Shown here: positions 10,972 through 25,009 of the stretch, in pieces | Position numbering within the stretch: the first letter of the stretch is position 1 | How the letters are laid out: each line of letters opens with the position of its first letter | DNA from: Trichinella spiralis | Lineage: Eukaryota | NCBI RefSeq assembly: GCF_000181795.1 | Contig: NW_003526943.1 | Coordinates: 8,287,472 to 8,351,471, forward strand | Direction: 5' to 3' | Length of the DNA: 64,000 nucleotides | The notes under the pieces: generated by a model | Databases searched by the model: none | Seen by the model: only the letters and a program-made list of their open reading frames with translations | Told to the model about the DNA's origin: nothing | Translations under genes and position numbers: made by a program

Positions 10972-13900
10972 ATGCCATCTGTGATTCAAGAACGTAGCGT
11001 TTATTTCAGAGCTGATTTGATATATGTAAATTGGATAAATGAAATTGAAAAGAAGTTATTCATGACTTTATTCAGCAGTGCGTTAGCTGATACTTTCAAT
11101 AACAAAATTAGATTTATACCACAATTCACAAAATTACAGTTTATCAGTTTTTTTTGATGTGAATATAATTTTTACAAACAAAGCACTTTTTCATAATAAC
11201 AATTGAGCAATCAAGATGCAGTTGAAACATGAACATCATGAAAAATTTTGTGCATCATATGCACCAAGTGTTATGTATTCAATGGAAGTTAGCAGTGTCA
11301 ACAGCTGTTGATCGTTCACACCATATATTGGGAACGAATAAAGATTTTTAGAATAATGGCATACAACATTGTGTAATTTCAAGCATGAATATTGGAAGAA
11401 AATGTGTTTGTAAAACGTATGGAATCGAATTATGGGAAATCCACTTTTTCTAACGTAATGCAAGAATGCCATTTGTTTAATATAAAAAACGAGATGGCCA
11501 AATTTTCTGTATGCTGAGAAAATATTTGAATGAAAATGTTCAGCTGTGCAAAATATTTCATTATGAAATATCATAAAAATAATAAGGTAGTACAATATGC
11601 TGTTCACAAAAATAGCAAGCACATGTCACCATCGTATGCTTTGTTATCGTAGATTCTATAGAAATTTGCAATTTGTAATTTAGAGTTTATTTCCAGACCA
11701 CATACCGTAGCTCAAAATGTATATTTCAAAAAGCAAAAATTTCGTAAAAATATTACATAACAATTTTTTTCAATTCTGTCAATGAAAAATAATTTCCCGT
11801 TGTTTGAAGTTACTGCTTTATTCAATATGTAATGTAACATCATCTCTTATCATGCAACCTACATGGGTCTGCTACTCACAGCGAATTGTAATCATTGATC
11901 TTTCTCACATCACAAAAACAAATACAATATTTTTAAAGTTCTTATGAAGAGCACTATGGATTCAAACGCATATCCACGTTATAGCACAAAAGTGATATAA
12001 TAATCCCCCACGTTAATGAAGTTGCACACTCACATCACTACAGATATTTCCATACTTTTTACTTTGATTTTATAAAAACATTTCAGTTGTCTGTTTCTGT
12101 GCAGTTGTCGTCGCATTTTGCGGCAATTTTTTGCTTCCTGTGACGGATGACAATTTGATTTTTGTCTCATGTTGATTATTGTAATCAGTAATGTCATTTT
12201 GCTTAGAGGAAACAAAACATTTGAATTATAGCATGGACACATGGTATTTATTTTGAAGAATTACTTTTTGCTGCATGCATTTGTAGATTTATATCAAACA
12301 TGAAATACCCACGATGTATAACATATTGGAAAGCTGCAAAAATTCAGCTTTATTATTAACTCACTTCAATTTATCAATTTATTTGTAAAATAGTTCAGTA
12401 TATAAAAAGCAGATGCAAGCAATTAAACATAAATTTTATTTTTACATGACACGTAATTTTCTTTCGATCTCCCGAAGCAACCAATCATCTGCACCACACA
12501 AACAAAAGTTGTGAATTGATTTTAAAAAAAGTACAGTTAAAATTAAACATTGAAAATACTGTTAAAGTTTATTCAACCAGTAATTTCTTCATATTCATCA
12601 TAGCTGCCACCCAACTAAAATGATATTCCTTAATATTTAATTCAATGTTAAAAGAGCATGCATGCAAAAAGCACTCTAACCCTCTTATTCAATAACGTTC
12701 AATGTTCAATTATGTGCTCACATTAGAAAATATTACTGATTGCTTTTGGAATGAAGAAAATCAGTAGAAAGGTATAACAGAAGTATATACGATTAAAGCA
12801 TATTTTGATTGAAATTACAACTAAATTTTTATTACATATTTCAACAAAGTAAACATTGATCATCATTTTACTATGCACAGCAGTGCTTTCATCTCATTTA
12901 TTATTATTACAATATAGTTGCGATTACATCAACATTCAATAAATAATTCTCACTAAGAGAGAAAACACGGATACTACTAGCCATTTCTTCATACACAAAC
13001 ATTGCTCTACGACCCCAACAATAAGTAATTATCAAAATACGCATAATGTAGGGTCCATTTTAATATCAAACATTTGACATTTGAGTATAACACCTACTTT
13101 TTTAATAATCAGCAATACGTTGGTAATTAAGCAAACACTAAATTGTAAACATAAAGCTAGAATAAACTGCTTAACTGATAAAATAAAGTATTTATTTTTG
13201 AATTATTGTTTTAAAAAAATCGAATATTTGATTTGACAGGATTTTATTTTATATTTACATTTCATCGAGATATAATATATATGCATTGAGTACTTGAGGA
13301 CATACCATACTTTCCATTCACTTTCAAAGAAATTTGAAACGATGATCCTTTTCAAGTGCTTATATCTCCTTGCTTATATAACGGTACGATTTGCTATTTT
13401 TCTAAATTGAAATTTAATGACATAGAAAATGTAAAATTTAAGGCAATAAAAGTTCTCTAAAAATAAAAGATTCCCATTCTTAAAAATATATTTTTCAAAG
13501 ATTATACAAAAATGCGCAAATCAAAAGTTAAATAATTCGAATTGTAAAAAAGTAATAAAAGAATCGCTACCACATGCTTCTGTTGTTAAAGATATCCCAC
13601 AACAGTACCATGAATAATATCACAAAAAATAGGATGGTAGTCAAAGAAGGCTGATATGAAAAATCCCTTATTTTGTTCATATAATAAATAATGTTAATTC
13701 CTGCACAGCTCATTATTAAATTGCATCGCATTTACATTCATCATTTAGTTGTTGTATGTTCTACTTGTCAAACAAAAAAATATCAAATTGTTCAAAATTA
13801 ACAATTGTTTTAATTTAATACTACAATTTTTTAATAAATACTTTAAAATACGGATGAATTAATATAATTTTCACTTTTAGCTAGCTTTTGCCAATTATGA

Positions 13901-15676
13901 ATGTGGCACCCTACCATCCACTTTTCCAAAAAGCGTTAAAGGAAACAGAATTTCAGGAGGCTCTGTTGCAACACCAAATTCTATACCATACCAAGCAAGA
14001 TTATTCTTGGAAAAAGATGGCAATAAAGTAAAACTATGCGGAGGCACTCTTGTTGAACTGAAACCTGGAAATGGGAGTCAGTGGGTACTGACCGCAGCAC
14101 ATTGCACCTACTATGCAGAGTAAGACAATATAATATTGTCTACTTTGTTAAAACTGCAATTTTGATAACACATTCAACTATATTGATAAATTTTATATCA
14201 GATATAGGAGAAATTTTGCCCCAGATAAAGTAGAGGTTATTCTTGGTGCCCACAGACCTAATGAAAAAGAAAGCACTCAACATACAGTAGGCGCAAAGCG
14301 CATAATTAGCCATCCGCGTTACGATGATGTAGCAACAGTTTATGACCTCTCTCTAGTGCTTCTTAAAGAATATGTAATTTACAACAATGAAATTCGATCA
14401 GCATGCCTGCCTAAAGCGAATGAGCCAGTTCCATTGGATGTGCCATGCTTTGCAAGCGGATGGGGATTAACATATCGTACGTTAATGAAATCAACGTATT
14501 CAAAAAGCAATAATTTAATAAATGCTGTATTAATAGACGGTGGACGTGGTTCGGAGGTTCTGAAAATTGCAGAAATGAAAATATTACCAAAAGATGAATG
14601 TAGAATTAAACCAGAAGAGCATGCAATAGTTTTCTGTGCATTTGGTGTTGACCGCTCTGCAACATGCCAGGTAAGTAATGCAAATATTATTCATTGACAT
14701 AGATGATATTAATTCATTTTCAATGGTGAATAAAATTTTATAGGGTGACTCTGGTGGACCATTAGTGTGTTTGATAAACAACAAAGCAACATTGTACGGA
14801 ATAGTCAGTTTTGGTCCGCCTATGTGCGGAGATGCAAGACACTCCGTAAAATTTGCTAAAGTCCCGGCAATGTTGGAATGGGTACAAGATACTGCCCGAA
14901 GCATTGACTCTACTGTGCCTGTTGTGTCTCGATTTGAACCCAAACCAAGTGAACAAAAAGTTGATCAGAAAGGCACACAACCTAGTCCAAGTAAATTTTA
15001 TTTTAATTTAGAATTCATTAAATTTTATTTATTCGATTTGAAATTTCATGGGCAATTTCTTTAAAATTTTTCTTTATTTTTCCTCTTCACAATCTTGCAT
15101 CTCTTTTGCTTTAATTTGAAAATAATAAACGTAACTGTGTTTAGGGTTTCTTGAATTTTTGAATACATTTTAGGTGTAACTCCTGGCAGTGTAGATGTTG
15201 GACAGAAAGATATTATGAAAGATTTACCGAAAATTCCCACCAGAGATAACGTGAAAGATACTCCCAATAATTACAAAGGATCTGACGTATTCAATTTTAT
15301 ACATAGAGATAGTTTTCCTTCTGAATCAAAATTCCCTGATTTGGAGCAAATAATGTCAGATTTCATGTCGCCTGGCGCTGGAGGAATGAAAGGTGGAAGC
15401 TTTTTCAATTCTCCACGTGTTTTCATAGAAACGAAAACCGTTAACCGTCTACCTTCTGTATCAAGAAGTAGAAGTGATGTTGGTAGATTTGGTTTCAATG
15501 ATCCAACATTCACCTTTTTCCGTTAATCTATATTTAAATATTGTGACGTCAGTTTGAGCATTATCTAAATAAATTAAATTTATGTGTTTTTGCTTTGCAT
15601 TTGGTGATTTTTCGAATTTTATTTTTTTATGAAACGTGTAATTGCGTTCAGGATATGACTGATATATCATCAAAGT
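10972..15676 (+). repeat. Tandem duplication unit 2
   Basis: Homologous to 5067-9847: clearly diverged upstream and in intron 1, essentially identical over exons 3-6. Confidence 0.95.
13342..15526 (+). CDS. Secreted S1A serine protease, copy 2, 429 aa
   Basis: Exons 13342-13383, 13881-14119, 14202-14476, 14537-14670, 14744-14990 and 15174-15526. Starts [18 protein letters not shown] and has the same intact catalytic triad motifs. Confidence 0.95.
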
Positions 15677-16268
15677 ATTAATTTTATGAGTAATACACTC
15701 ATTAATATTTCTGGTCTGTGGTATTTTGATGTAGTTTCTTAACAAAGTTTTTATATTTAGTCTACGAGCCAAAGAGTTCCAACAAGCAAACCTCTCTGAA
15801 TGCTATATAGCCACCTATCTGCCTTTATCCATCTTACTCGAGCAACTCTTCGATGGTAAAAACTGTACATAATCTGTCCAAATTTCAGCAGATAAAAAAC
15901 ATCTTTTTGTATTTCTGCACTTGTTTATAATTAATAAGGTTTTGATCCCCCCCCCCCATTGAATGCTCATTCTTGTACCACCTTTGCCGTGTTTCCCGTC
16001 TCGTGGGACAAAAAAATGTAGCAAAAGCAAGGATGAAATGCTACAAAATTTAATCAGTTTGTTTCAAATGTAGACTGGAAATGTAGTTATAATTTTTCCG
16101 AGATTAATATACATTATAGTTTTTTTCTTAAGGGAACACTGAAAAATACAATCATTTCAATGTTGTTGTTGTGCAATTTGATTCAACGTTTGAATAAATT
16201 AATTTCTTTTTCAACGTGTGTTCAATTTATATAACACCTGCACTGGGAAAATGGTGGGGGAGGGGGAA

Positions 16269-18731
16269 TCAAGCATGCAAAATTTGTATCTTACGTATCT
16301 CGTTGCCGGGCAGATCGATTCTCAAAGCAAGCACTTGTCGAATTTCGGCCAAGTTCAATAACCAAGTGACACTTTCGGATTGACAATAATTTTGCGCATC
16401 GGCTACCGAATCCACGTTCAACAGGGAAACAATTTGGTCCAATTTTGAGAAGCGTTGCCTGGTGCTCCAACCGGCAAACTGCGTCCAGTATCCGGCTAGT
16501 TTGCGGATCTGCTTGTCGAGCAAAAGCCCGCCCAGGCGGTTGTACGTTCCCTTCAGTGTAGCCTTTTCCAACAAGTCCGCGGTCAACGACGCCGTCGTCG
16601 CATGCACCATGGCCAACGGTCGTTCTCCAAGTGACTGTCTCAAATCTTCCAACAGCAGCTGCAAACATCCGATGATATTTTCTACAAACAAGCCGCGCGA
16701 TTCCAATTCCACAAACTCCAACTCACTGGGCGCGTGCGTGTCGTTGAAAAAGCCATCGACCGCCAAGCGTAGGCGTGGCTTGAAGGATGTTCGAACAAGT
16801 TGGTCAACGGCGTCGGACAACGCCGAGTGGAATTTGTTCGCCGTCTCGTCCAACTGCCCCAAACAGCTGTCCAGCTTCTGCTGGTCAACGTCGTTCAGTT
16901 GGAGTAGAACATTTCGAAAGTCGTCCTTCAGTCGATTCTTCAACTTTTCCACACATTCAACACTGACTCCACAGTCATTCAAAGCGGTCAAATAATCCTC
17001 GCGAAGTTTATCCGTCGTCGAATCGCCAATACCACCACCACCACCACAAGCACCTCCACTACCACTACCACTACCAATACCACCAGCACCGGACATTTTG
17101 CCTTGATGAACCACACTGGCGTAAGCAATAGCAGCCGTCGAATAGGCTTCGGCCAATCCACCGACTGCAAAAAATACAATCCAGTCGTATGCTTGAGAAG
17201 AAGCGCTTATCTGTTTGTTTCACTCACCAGATGAAGGATAGCCAAGTTTGAGTCGACTTTTCAAATGGGCCAAATGATGGGTTTCCAGCAACGCGCAAGC
17301 ATGGTTCAACATCGCGCAGATGCAGTCGACATCCGACGTCGCCAATGCCCGACGGACACTTTTGCTAATTATGAAAAAACAATCGTCCACAACGCTGGAA
17401 AGCAACGTGCCGGATTCGCGGCATTCGAGCCGAATCGCCTTCAATATCGACTCTCGCATGTAGTACTCTTCAATTGCCACGTACTGGCCGAGCAGTTCTT
17501 GCATGCGACAATTCAACACACAATTGGAAAGATGGGTTTGGAATTTTTCCTCCAAGCGTTGTTTTTCTTCTTTTTGCTTCGCTGTTTCGTCTGGCATTTT
17601 ACCAATTCCAATACTCACTTTACGACGAACAAATCTAAACAGCGAACAACACTATCCCATGAAAGAAAGTGGAGGATTGGATAAATTTTGCTATAAAAAT
17701 GCAAATGGAAATGGAAAAATTTCGTACTTGAAATAAAGTTGCACGCACGTCCGGATCAAAGTTATTTCACTGAGCAAAGCGTCCAAATCGAGCGGATCAA
17801 CGACGGTCGTTCGACTGGCAGCCGACTGTTTGAGACAATTTTCGGCTAGACTGAGTTTTTTGTAAAATTGCCTGTGGTCGAAAAAGTTGTCCAAAATGCG
17901 TCCCGCTTCGACGTCGCATTGGGCCTGCAACAGACGCCACAAGACGAACAACTTGCCCGGTCCGTAGCAAGAGTCGACGATCGGCTGTTGGGCGTCGATC
18001 AGTCGAACGAGCCAGTCGAGCAAAAGTCGTAAAGCGTCGACGAACGGCGGCTGACCACTGTCGTCCACTACAGTCAGACTGCGCTGGACCAAGTCGGTCA
18101 ATCGGCGCGTCAACTGGGCGCCAAATTCGGCCAAGCCGAGCTCGTGTTCGCCGATCAACGGGAACAATTTGAAAAAACGTTCGACCGACGCGTTGTCGTC
18201 TCGCCGGTCGGCCCGGTCGAATTCGTCGACCAAAATTGTCCGCAGACGATCTCTGGCGTCGAGCATCAACGACGTCGGGTCGTGAGCGCCGTCGCCACTG
18301 GCCAGCCGGCGAACGGCGGCGTCGACGCCCAAAAATCGGCGCAACTGGTCGGCGGCTCGGTCGTACTGGCCGGCGGCCAACGACGACTGGACACCGTCGA
18401 CGCAGAGGCGCGAATCGAGCGCGTCGTCGACCAACTGCATGCAGTCGACGACACGAATTTTCGCTGTGTCCAGCCGACGCACTCGGGCGCCGATTCCGTT
18501 GGCCAGTGTCCAGTTGGACGTGAACACGTTGGCCAGTTGGCGAAAGTCGGATTCGGCGGCGGCAATTTCCCCTTCGACCCGGACCAGTGGACCGGCCAGT
18601 TCGCGAGCCCGTTGCGAACTGGCGGCCAACAACGACCGGATTTCGGTGTCCAATGCCGACGCGTCCACGTTCAATCGATCCAACTCCACACGACACTGGT
18701 CGAGTTGATTGGTAAAATCGAACGGTAACAT
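16269..18731 (-). CDS. COG4: Conserved oligomeric Golgi complex subunit 4
   Basis: Exons 18731-17728, 17634-17228 and 17164-16269. Motifs RVRRLDTAKIRV..DGVQ..YDRAA, SVERFFKLFPLIG, QELLGQYVAIEEYYMRESILKAI, SSVVDDCFFI and YNRLGGLLLDK match the COG4 family. Confidence 0.93.
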
Positions 18732-20538
18732 TTTATCAATGGGAAAAAAATCTACAAAACAATTTGTTGAATGGAAATCAAATAAATTCATTGCAAAAAA
18801 AACAATATTGCTTACACAAACATTAAAAATATTACAAACAAATTCCAAATGGCGATGAAAATGCGCAGTTGTCTAAGAGCGGCCAGAAATGCCATTGCCG
18901 ACTGACCTGAAGAAAATTGAACGATGAATGGAATAAAAGAAAAATTATTATTATTACCAAAACTTCTATAACCTTCTTCTACAGAAAAGTTATCTTCCGC
19001 TGATCGACTGAAAAATACAATTTTATTTCACCCAATTATTGTCGAGAAAATACTTACAATTTGAAATTTAATACTGCTCCAGCGTTGACCAGCAAAGTAC
19101 TACAAAAATTGAATTTAAATATTCATCCCATTGTAAAGAAAATAGAATCAACTTACAAACTTATTATCAACTCTGAAAGCATTGAAAATCGACTAGTACA
19201 AGATGAACATTACTTTGTGAAACGGCAACGATTCTTTTTCGTCTACAGAAATCATTACAGAATGATAAAGTGCAATCATGGACCAATGTTGGAAAAATAA
19301 TTTTGTGACAATTTTCAATCATACTTTATCGAAATTTGAAAGAAAAATGAAAACAAATGTTACAATAGCAGCTTGATAGAAGCTTACCAATGAAAACAGT
19401 GTAACATTAACAAAACTTGAAAACATTCCGCGAACTTGAAAAACGGATTTTTCAATTCTGATTTATCAAATATTCCCGCTGCAATATAGTCTTGTCATTA
19501 TCTGACGTAATGAGGATAGATCACCTTTGACGTATATGTGATGTGCATGACGTAATAAGATTAGATAACTATTCAAATTTAAGTTCTCGCTTAAACGATA
19601 GGATTTTATAATATTTTTATGCTTAATAGTCTACATAATGTGAAGCTCATTTTATTTTTTGGAAATTCAAAAGTGAAATAACTTCACAAGAATAAACTTC
19701 ATCAACAAATATTAAACATCTGTCTTGAAATACTTTTTCACTACATTACAGTAAATGAATGAAATAATGCCTACTTTTAGAGCTACTGTATGAAGAAATA
19801 AATTTCCGTCCTCCTCACTCAATTTCTTAATATCGCAATTGTTTGTAGGTATATTTATTAATATTTTTTGTATATTTTATTTAAAAAATTTTAAATGAAA
19901 ACTATACATTCGTATTATTTATTTTTAATTTGTGCGTTATGAACCCAATTGTGCAAATTGAGCATAGTCTTTTTAAATATTTTCCGTTTGTGAGAGAATT
20001 TTTTTGACTTGTTTTATAATTCATTTATAAAATTTAATTTATTATTCAATGATAAATCACATGTGCTTGCATGCAAATTTTTGTTTATTATTGGCGTAAA
20101 TATGATTTTAATTTCATGAAAATATTATTATTTAAATGAACTACTCGTGTGAATGAACCTGCTACTGCAGTTGTTAGTCATTTGTGAATTTTTAAATGAA
20201 AATTTTTGAAATGTTTGTTTTACTCTTTCTGTGGGACCTTGGATGTATTTTGTAAATATATTTCGTGCATTTTTAATTGAACGTTGTCATAAAATAAGGT
20301 TTTCATGAGTTTTTGGCTTACTGTCATAGTAAAATAACAGTATTAATTTATAATGTGTAAATATTATTATTATTATGTTAAATTTATTTGTTATATATTG
20401 AATATTAATTCATATCATGGTAGTTTAAGATTGAGTTTTATTTGTAGATTTTTGTTAATCTTCACGTTCTCTTCAGGCCTATTTTGAGGTTCAAAGCTTT
20501 TTTGGTAAAGCTTTATTAATTTTTGATAAAATTATAAC

Positions 20539-22369
20539 ATGGACAAGCTTGTGGTGCCATTTTCGGAGAAAGATTTACGCTGCAAAGCCGGTTGTGAATA
20601 TTATGGCAATCCACAGTGGCAAGGTTTTTGTTCAAAATGCTGGCGCTTGTATCAAAAGGATATTCGTGAAAAATCCAGCTCGGCTAGACGAGTGGTTCTT
20701 ACTGACGAGCTGGATCCGTCGTTGGATGTTTCCGGTAGTAAAACATGGGCAGGCTTTACTTTTGACCGTCTGCTTGAGTCGAAAAGTCGTTCAGCTCTTT
20801 CATCGCCTCGAGCTTCTTCCATTCGTGCAATGTTGAAAAAGAATCCAAGTCCTGGTATTGGATAAATTAATTTCATGTTTTCATTTGACGACTTTCACGA
20901 TTGCTTTCTGATAGAGATTTCTCCTTCGTCCAGTCCTGGCACATCGGGAACGATTGTTCAACGCAAGCTCAGTGGAGAAAGTATGGCTGCAAAAGAATCG
21001 TTCAGTTTGTTCTTGAATACACTTCCCAAATACGTCAGCTCGGAAATTAGCAAACATGTGAATTTCATCGTCAGTGGAATTTTTCACGACACATCTGTAG
21101 TTAGTATAGATGAAGTTTCAGAAAAAGTGCAAGATTTCTATCATACCATGTCAATACGATTGCAGTGTATTTTCAAAGGTAAGGTAATAATGCTTTTGTT
21201 CGAGGTTTTTTCAATATAGCGTGCAACTTTTGATAGAATCTCCGGCTACAGCGGAAGAAGTGTTGGCAAGAATTGAAACTTACATCTGCGTCCGTTGTTA
21301 TGGAGTATTGTTTTGTCCAGATACTGACGAAGAAGTAGCAGATTTGTCATTGCAAGATCGGATACGCTCTTTGCATTGGGTAACATGTGGTGCCATTGAC
21401 CACGGCTTTGATTTCACCAACAAAAATGTACAGGATCGTTTCGACAAAGCAGTTACCGGTACGAGAGTTGGATATCTTTGTATAATTTTCTTTGCAATTT
21501 ATTGTGTTGTTTTTTCTTTAAATACATTCAAAGAAATAATTGAAATGAACAGTCATCGGAGTCCGGACGACAAGCTTTGCTCTTTGACGCGATGTTGTAA
21601 ACTGATTTTTGAAAATTTGAAAGAATCACGCGGTGAATTGGCCAGTGCGGACGAATTTCTCCCGGCGTTGATTTATGTCATTTTGAAAACCAATCCACCG
21701 TTGATATTGTCGAATGTGAAATTTATCAGTCGATTTACGTTGCCGAGTAAATTGATGTCCGGCGAAGCGGGATATTATTTTACAAATTTGGTATGACAAT
21801 TGAAATTTCGAGCTGTTTTCAATTTTCAACAGTGCAATGGATTTCAGTGTTGTGCGTTGGATTTTATTCAAAATTTGAATGCCGAATCGTTGAAAATGCA
21901 TCCACAAGAATTCGAAGCTTACACGTGCGGGCAATTGGTACCGCCGTTGAATAGAACACCGATAAGCAGTCATCCGTCGTTGAAATCGTTGCGCGCATCG
22001 CTTGCCGCGTTGGAAGATTTGCGCGAAAAATTGGAAAAATTACAATACAAACTGAACGATTTGGATGAAACAGTGAGACGTCAGCTTTTCGACTTTCATC
22101 AACAGATTTACGATTGCATGAATAAAAAAAATTTAAATGAAGATTTTCCTTTCTTAGAAGATTGTTGTTCCATTGTGACGTCTGATGTTGCAACGAAGAC
22201 GTCAAATTCAGATCAGTTATCCAAATTGGAGAATACTTTGTCAGAAGAGGAAAAAGAACAAATCAGCCTACCTACTACTGCAGATATTGAACAGTTTGAT
22301 TCATTGTTGCGTTTATCGGACGTGTGTACCGAAGCAGATGTTGATAAACCTGAACCTGACAATTCATGA
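20539..22369 (+). CDS. rabx-5: Rab5 GEF Rabex-5 (A20 zinc finger, VPS9 domain, coiled coil)
   Basis: Exons 20539-20854, 20915-21178, 21237-21458, 21534-21790 and 21849-22369. A20 finger [23 protein letters not shown]9 motifs [19 protein letters not shown] and [10 protein letters not shown]. Confidence 0.93.
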
Positions 22370-22986
22370 GATCCATATCCATATGTATATGATAAATGAA
22401 TAATAAAGTGAAGCTTACGAACAAAAAAGATGGCTTTTGCAATTGTTTGTCCAAAGTGAATATCATTTAATCACAGTTGTACACAGTTTAAAATAATTCG
22501 TTGTGATAATTATTACAATCGTGAAAAAACAGTAAGCAAGCAATATAATTATTATTACTGAAAATTGAATAAGCACGAAGCGAGTATATGCTGTATTGTA
22601 TTTGCAAAAACAAGCAAGTGGAGAAGAAATTTATACGTACACATATATGTATCACCGGTGTTGTTGCACAACAAACAAACAAGCAAGCAAGCTAGCGTGT
22701 GTCGTTTATTCACTTTTCACTGCTCTCGCTACTGAATCCAGCAGTCAGCCGACAAGCAGTATCTATCTACTTTTGCACATACATTTTTTTTCTGAATAAA
22801 TCAATTAAAATATTTTTCTTTTCTTTTTTTACTGTTAGCCGATCGGTAAAAATGAAAAAAAAAGACAAACAAAAAAAGAGAATAGAAATAATAATACGAG
22901 AGAGTGAGAGAAATAATTTGTGACAGGGGAGGGGTAGGAGAGAGAAAGTACAGCAAGATGGAGGCAGCCGAACAAAAAACGTTGTT

Positions 22987-24972
22987 TCAAATGTAGACAT
23001 TTTTCACGTCCTGTTGGCTGAATAAGGCCATACAACTCGGACATTTTCTTTGGCGTTGCTTCAGCAACTTTTCTATACAAATGTGGCAGAAAAGATGTCC
23101 GCATTTCAATAGAACACGATTCAATTGGTTCAATTTGCACAATGCACAAAGAACTTTTTGCTTCAAAGCGAATATCTGCTCTTCGCGTATTTGCAAATCG
23201 ACAACGGTCGTCTCTTTCATATTTTCCGCCCCCCTGTATGCACGGCGCAGTTTTTTTTCCAACTGGCCGATAGTATTTCGAAAACGATTCGCTTCGGTCT
23301 GGGCATTTTCCAACAATTCGATATGTTTGGTCAAATCTTGCCTGGTCGATTCCAACGACATTTCGAGCTTTTTCACGGTCTCGGTCGAAGTGAGCAAATT
23401 GCTCTGCAATTCCACATATTCATTTCGATGATTGGCTATTAATTCGTTGACGCGTTGGCCTTCACGGACGACGCGAAATAAATTACTTTCCACAAAGCTC
23501 AATTTTTTCAACAACTGTTCCTTATCCGCATCTTGGACTTGAAGTTGCCTTTCCAAAGTCCGCACCATTTCGGCCAATTCTTTCTTTTCACCTTCCAACG
23601 ACCGCATCTGTTGCGACGTTGCCAATTGCTAATCATGCAAAACAAAACAAAATAAAAAAACAAAATAATCTGTTCCCATTATCATCTTTTTCAATTATTA
23701 ATAAGAATAAATCAATCACCTTTTCCATCATTCTTAACATTGCATTATCTTTTTCTGATATTAAATCGGCCAATGTTTTGTTCTTGCTCAACGCTTGATC
23801 CAATGCATCGCCCGTAGTTCCAATTTCTTCGTACAACGTGCTCATATTCTTCAAAATCCAATCCAATCCAATCAAATCAGATAATACAACCCCCCCCCCC
23901 AAAAAAAATTTTTTCACTTACTCCTTCTTTGTTTTCCAATTTCGTTTTCAACAGTGCAATTTCCACCTCTTGTTTGGACAACATATCGTCGGCTAATTTT
24001 ATAAATTCCAGACGATCGACACCGATTTTTTTCGCCATCCTTCGAATATGAGCTCTGAGAAAACTATTTTCCATGCGCAATTTCTTCGTCGTCTAAAAAA
24101 CACAAAACAAAACAATCGAATCCGACCAAAGCAGCAATACAGTACACAATTTTACCACCACTCACCACAGTGATGTCGTCATTTTCGGCCGACTTCGTCT
24201 TGTAGACATCCATGGCAGCATGGCAACGCGCGATGGCTCGTTTCGACAAACGCAGCTGTTTTTTCAATTCAACCACCTGTTCATCGAGAGTCTTGTCTTT
24301 CAATTTTTCGTCATCTTCGTCTGATTCGTCAATTTCACCGGGTTCCAAACTTTCCTCTTTTTCCAAAGTGCTTTCGACATCGTCCGCGTTCGACAACGGT
24401 ACCACAACCGAACTCGAAATCAAACGCCTCAGGCGTTCCAATTCTTCCCTTGTAAAATTCAATTCGGCCTGCACGTCGGACATTTTCAATTTCAATAATT
24501 TTTGCTCGTGTTTCGCCTTTTGCAATTTCGACTCGGCCACCGACATGATATTCGGCATCTGCTGCATCCGGGCATCCAATGCCCTCAGCTTCATGCGCAG
24601 ATATTCTTCGTCAATTTCAATTCGACGCTGCTTGGCGATCAGCCTCTCTTCTTCGACTTTCAAAGCTTGCCAATTCTGTTCGAATTGTTCCACAACTGGT
24701 GACTTTTTCGTCCGCTGTTCTTCGGTCGTCAACGACATGTTGTTGTCCACTTTGGCCTGTTCGGTCATCACAATTCCGTGGATCGTTTTCAACTGGATAC
24801 TGTTGCGAAGATGCAATTTGAATTGCACTTCCAAATTTCGATAAGTCGGCGACTGTTTCACCATATCCACGTCCAAATTTTCCAACTGAACAACAAATAT
24901 TTCAAATCGAAATGACAATAAACGCGAACAAATCTTTAATCAACCGAAAGCAACACAAAGCAACAACCAAGC

Positions 24973-25009
<37 letters not shown>

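Noticed and set aside
11236..11622. 128 aa minus-strand ORF in the duplicated upstream region
   Set aside because: The paralogous segment (~5330-5720) has a frameshift and stops, and no motif is recognisable.
17797..18728. Several long overlapping or antisense ORFs over COG4 (similar ones over BRE1, PIGO and apl-1)
   Set aside because: Shadow frames caused by GC-rich coding sequence.
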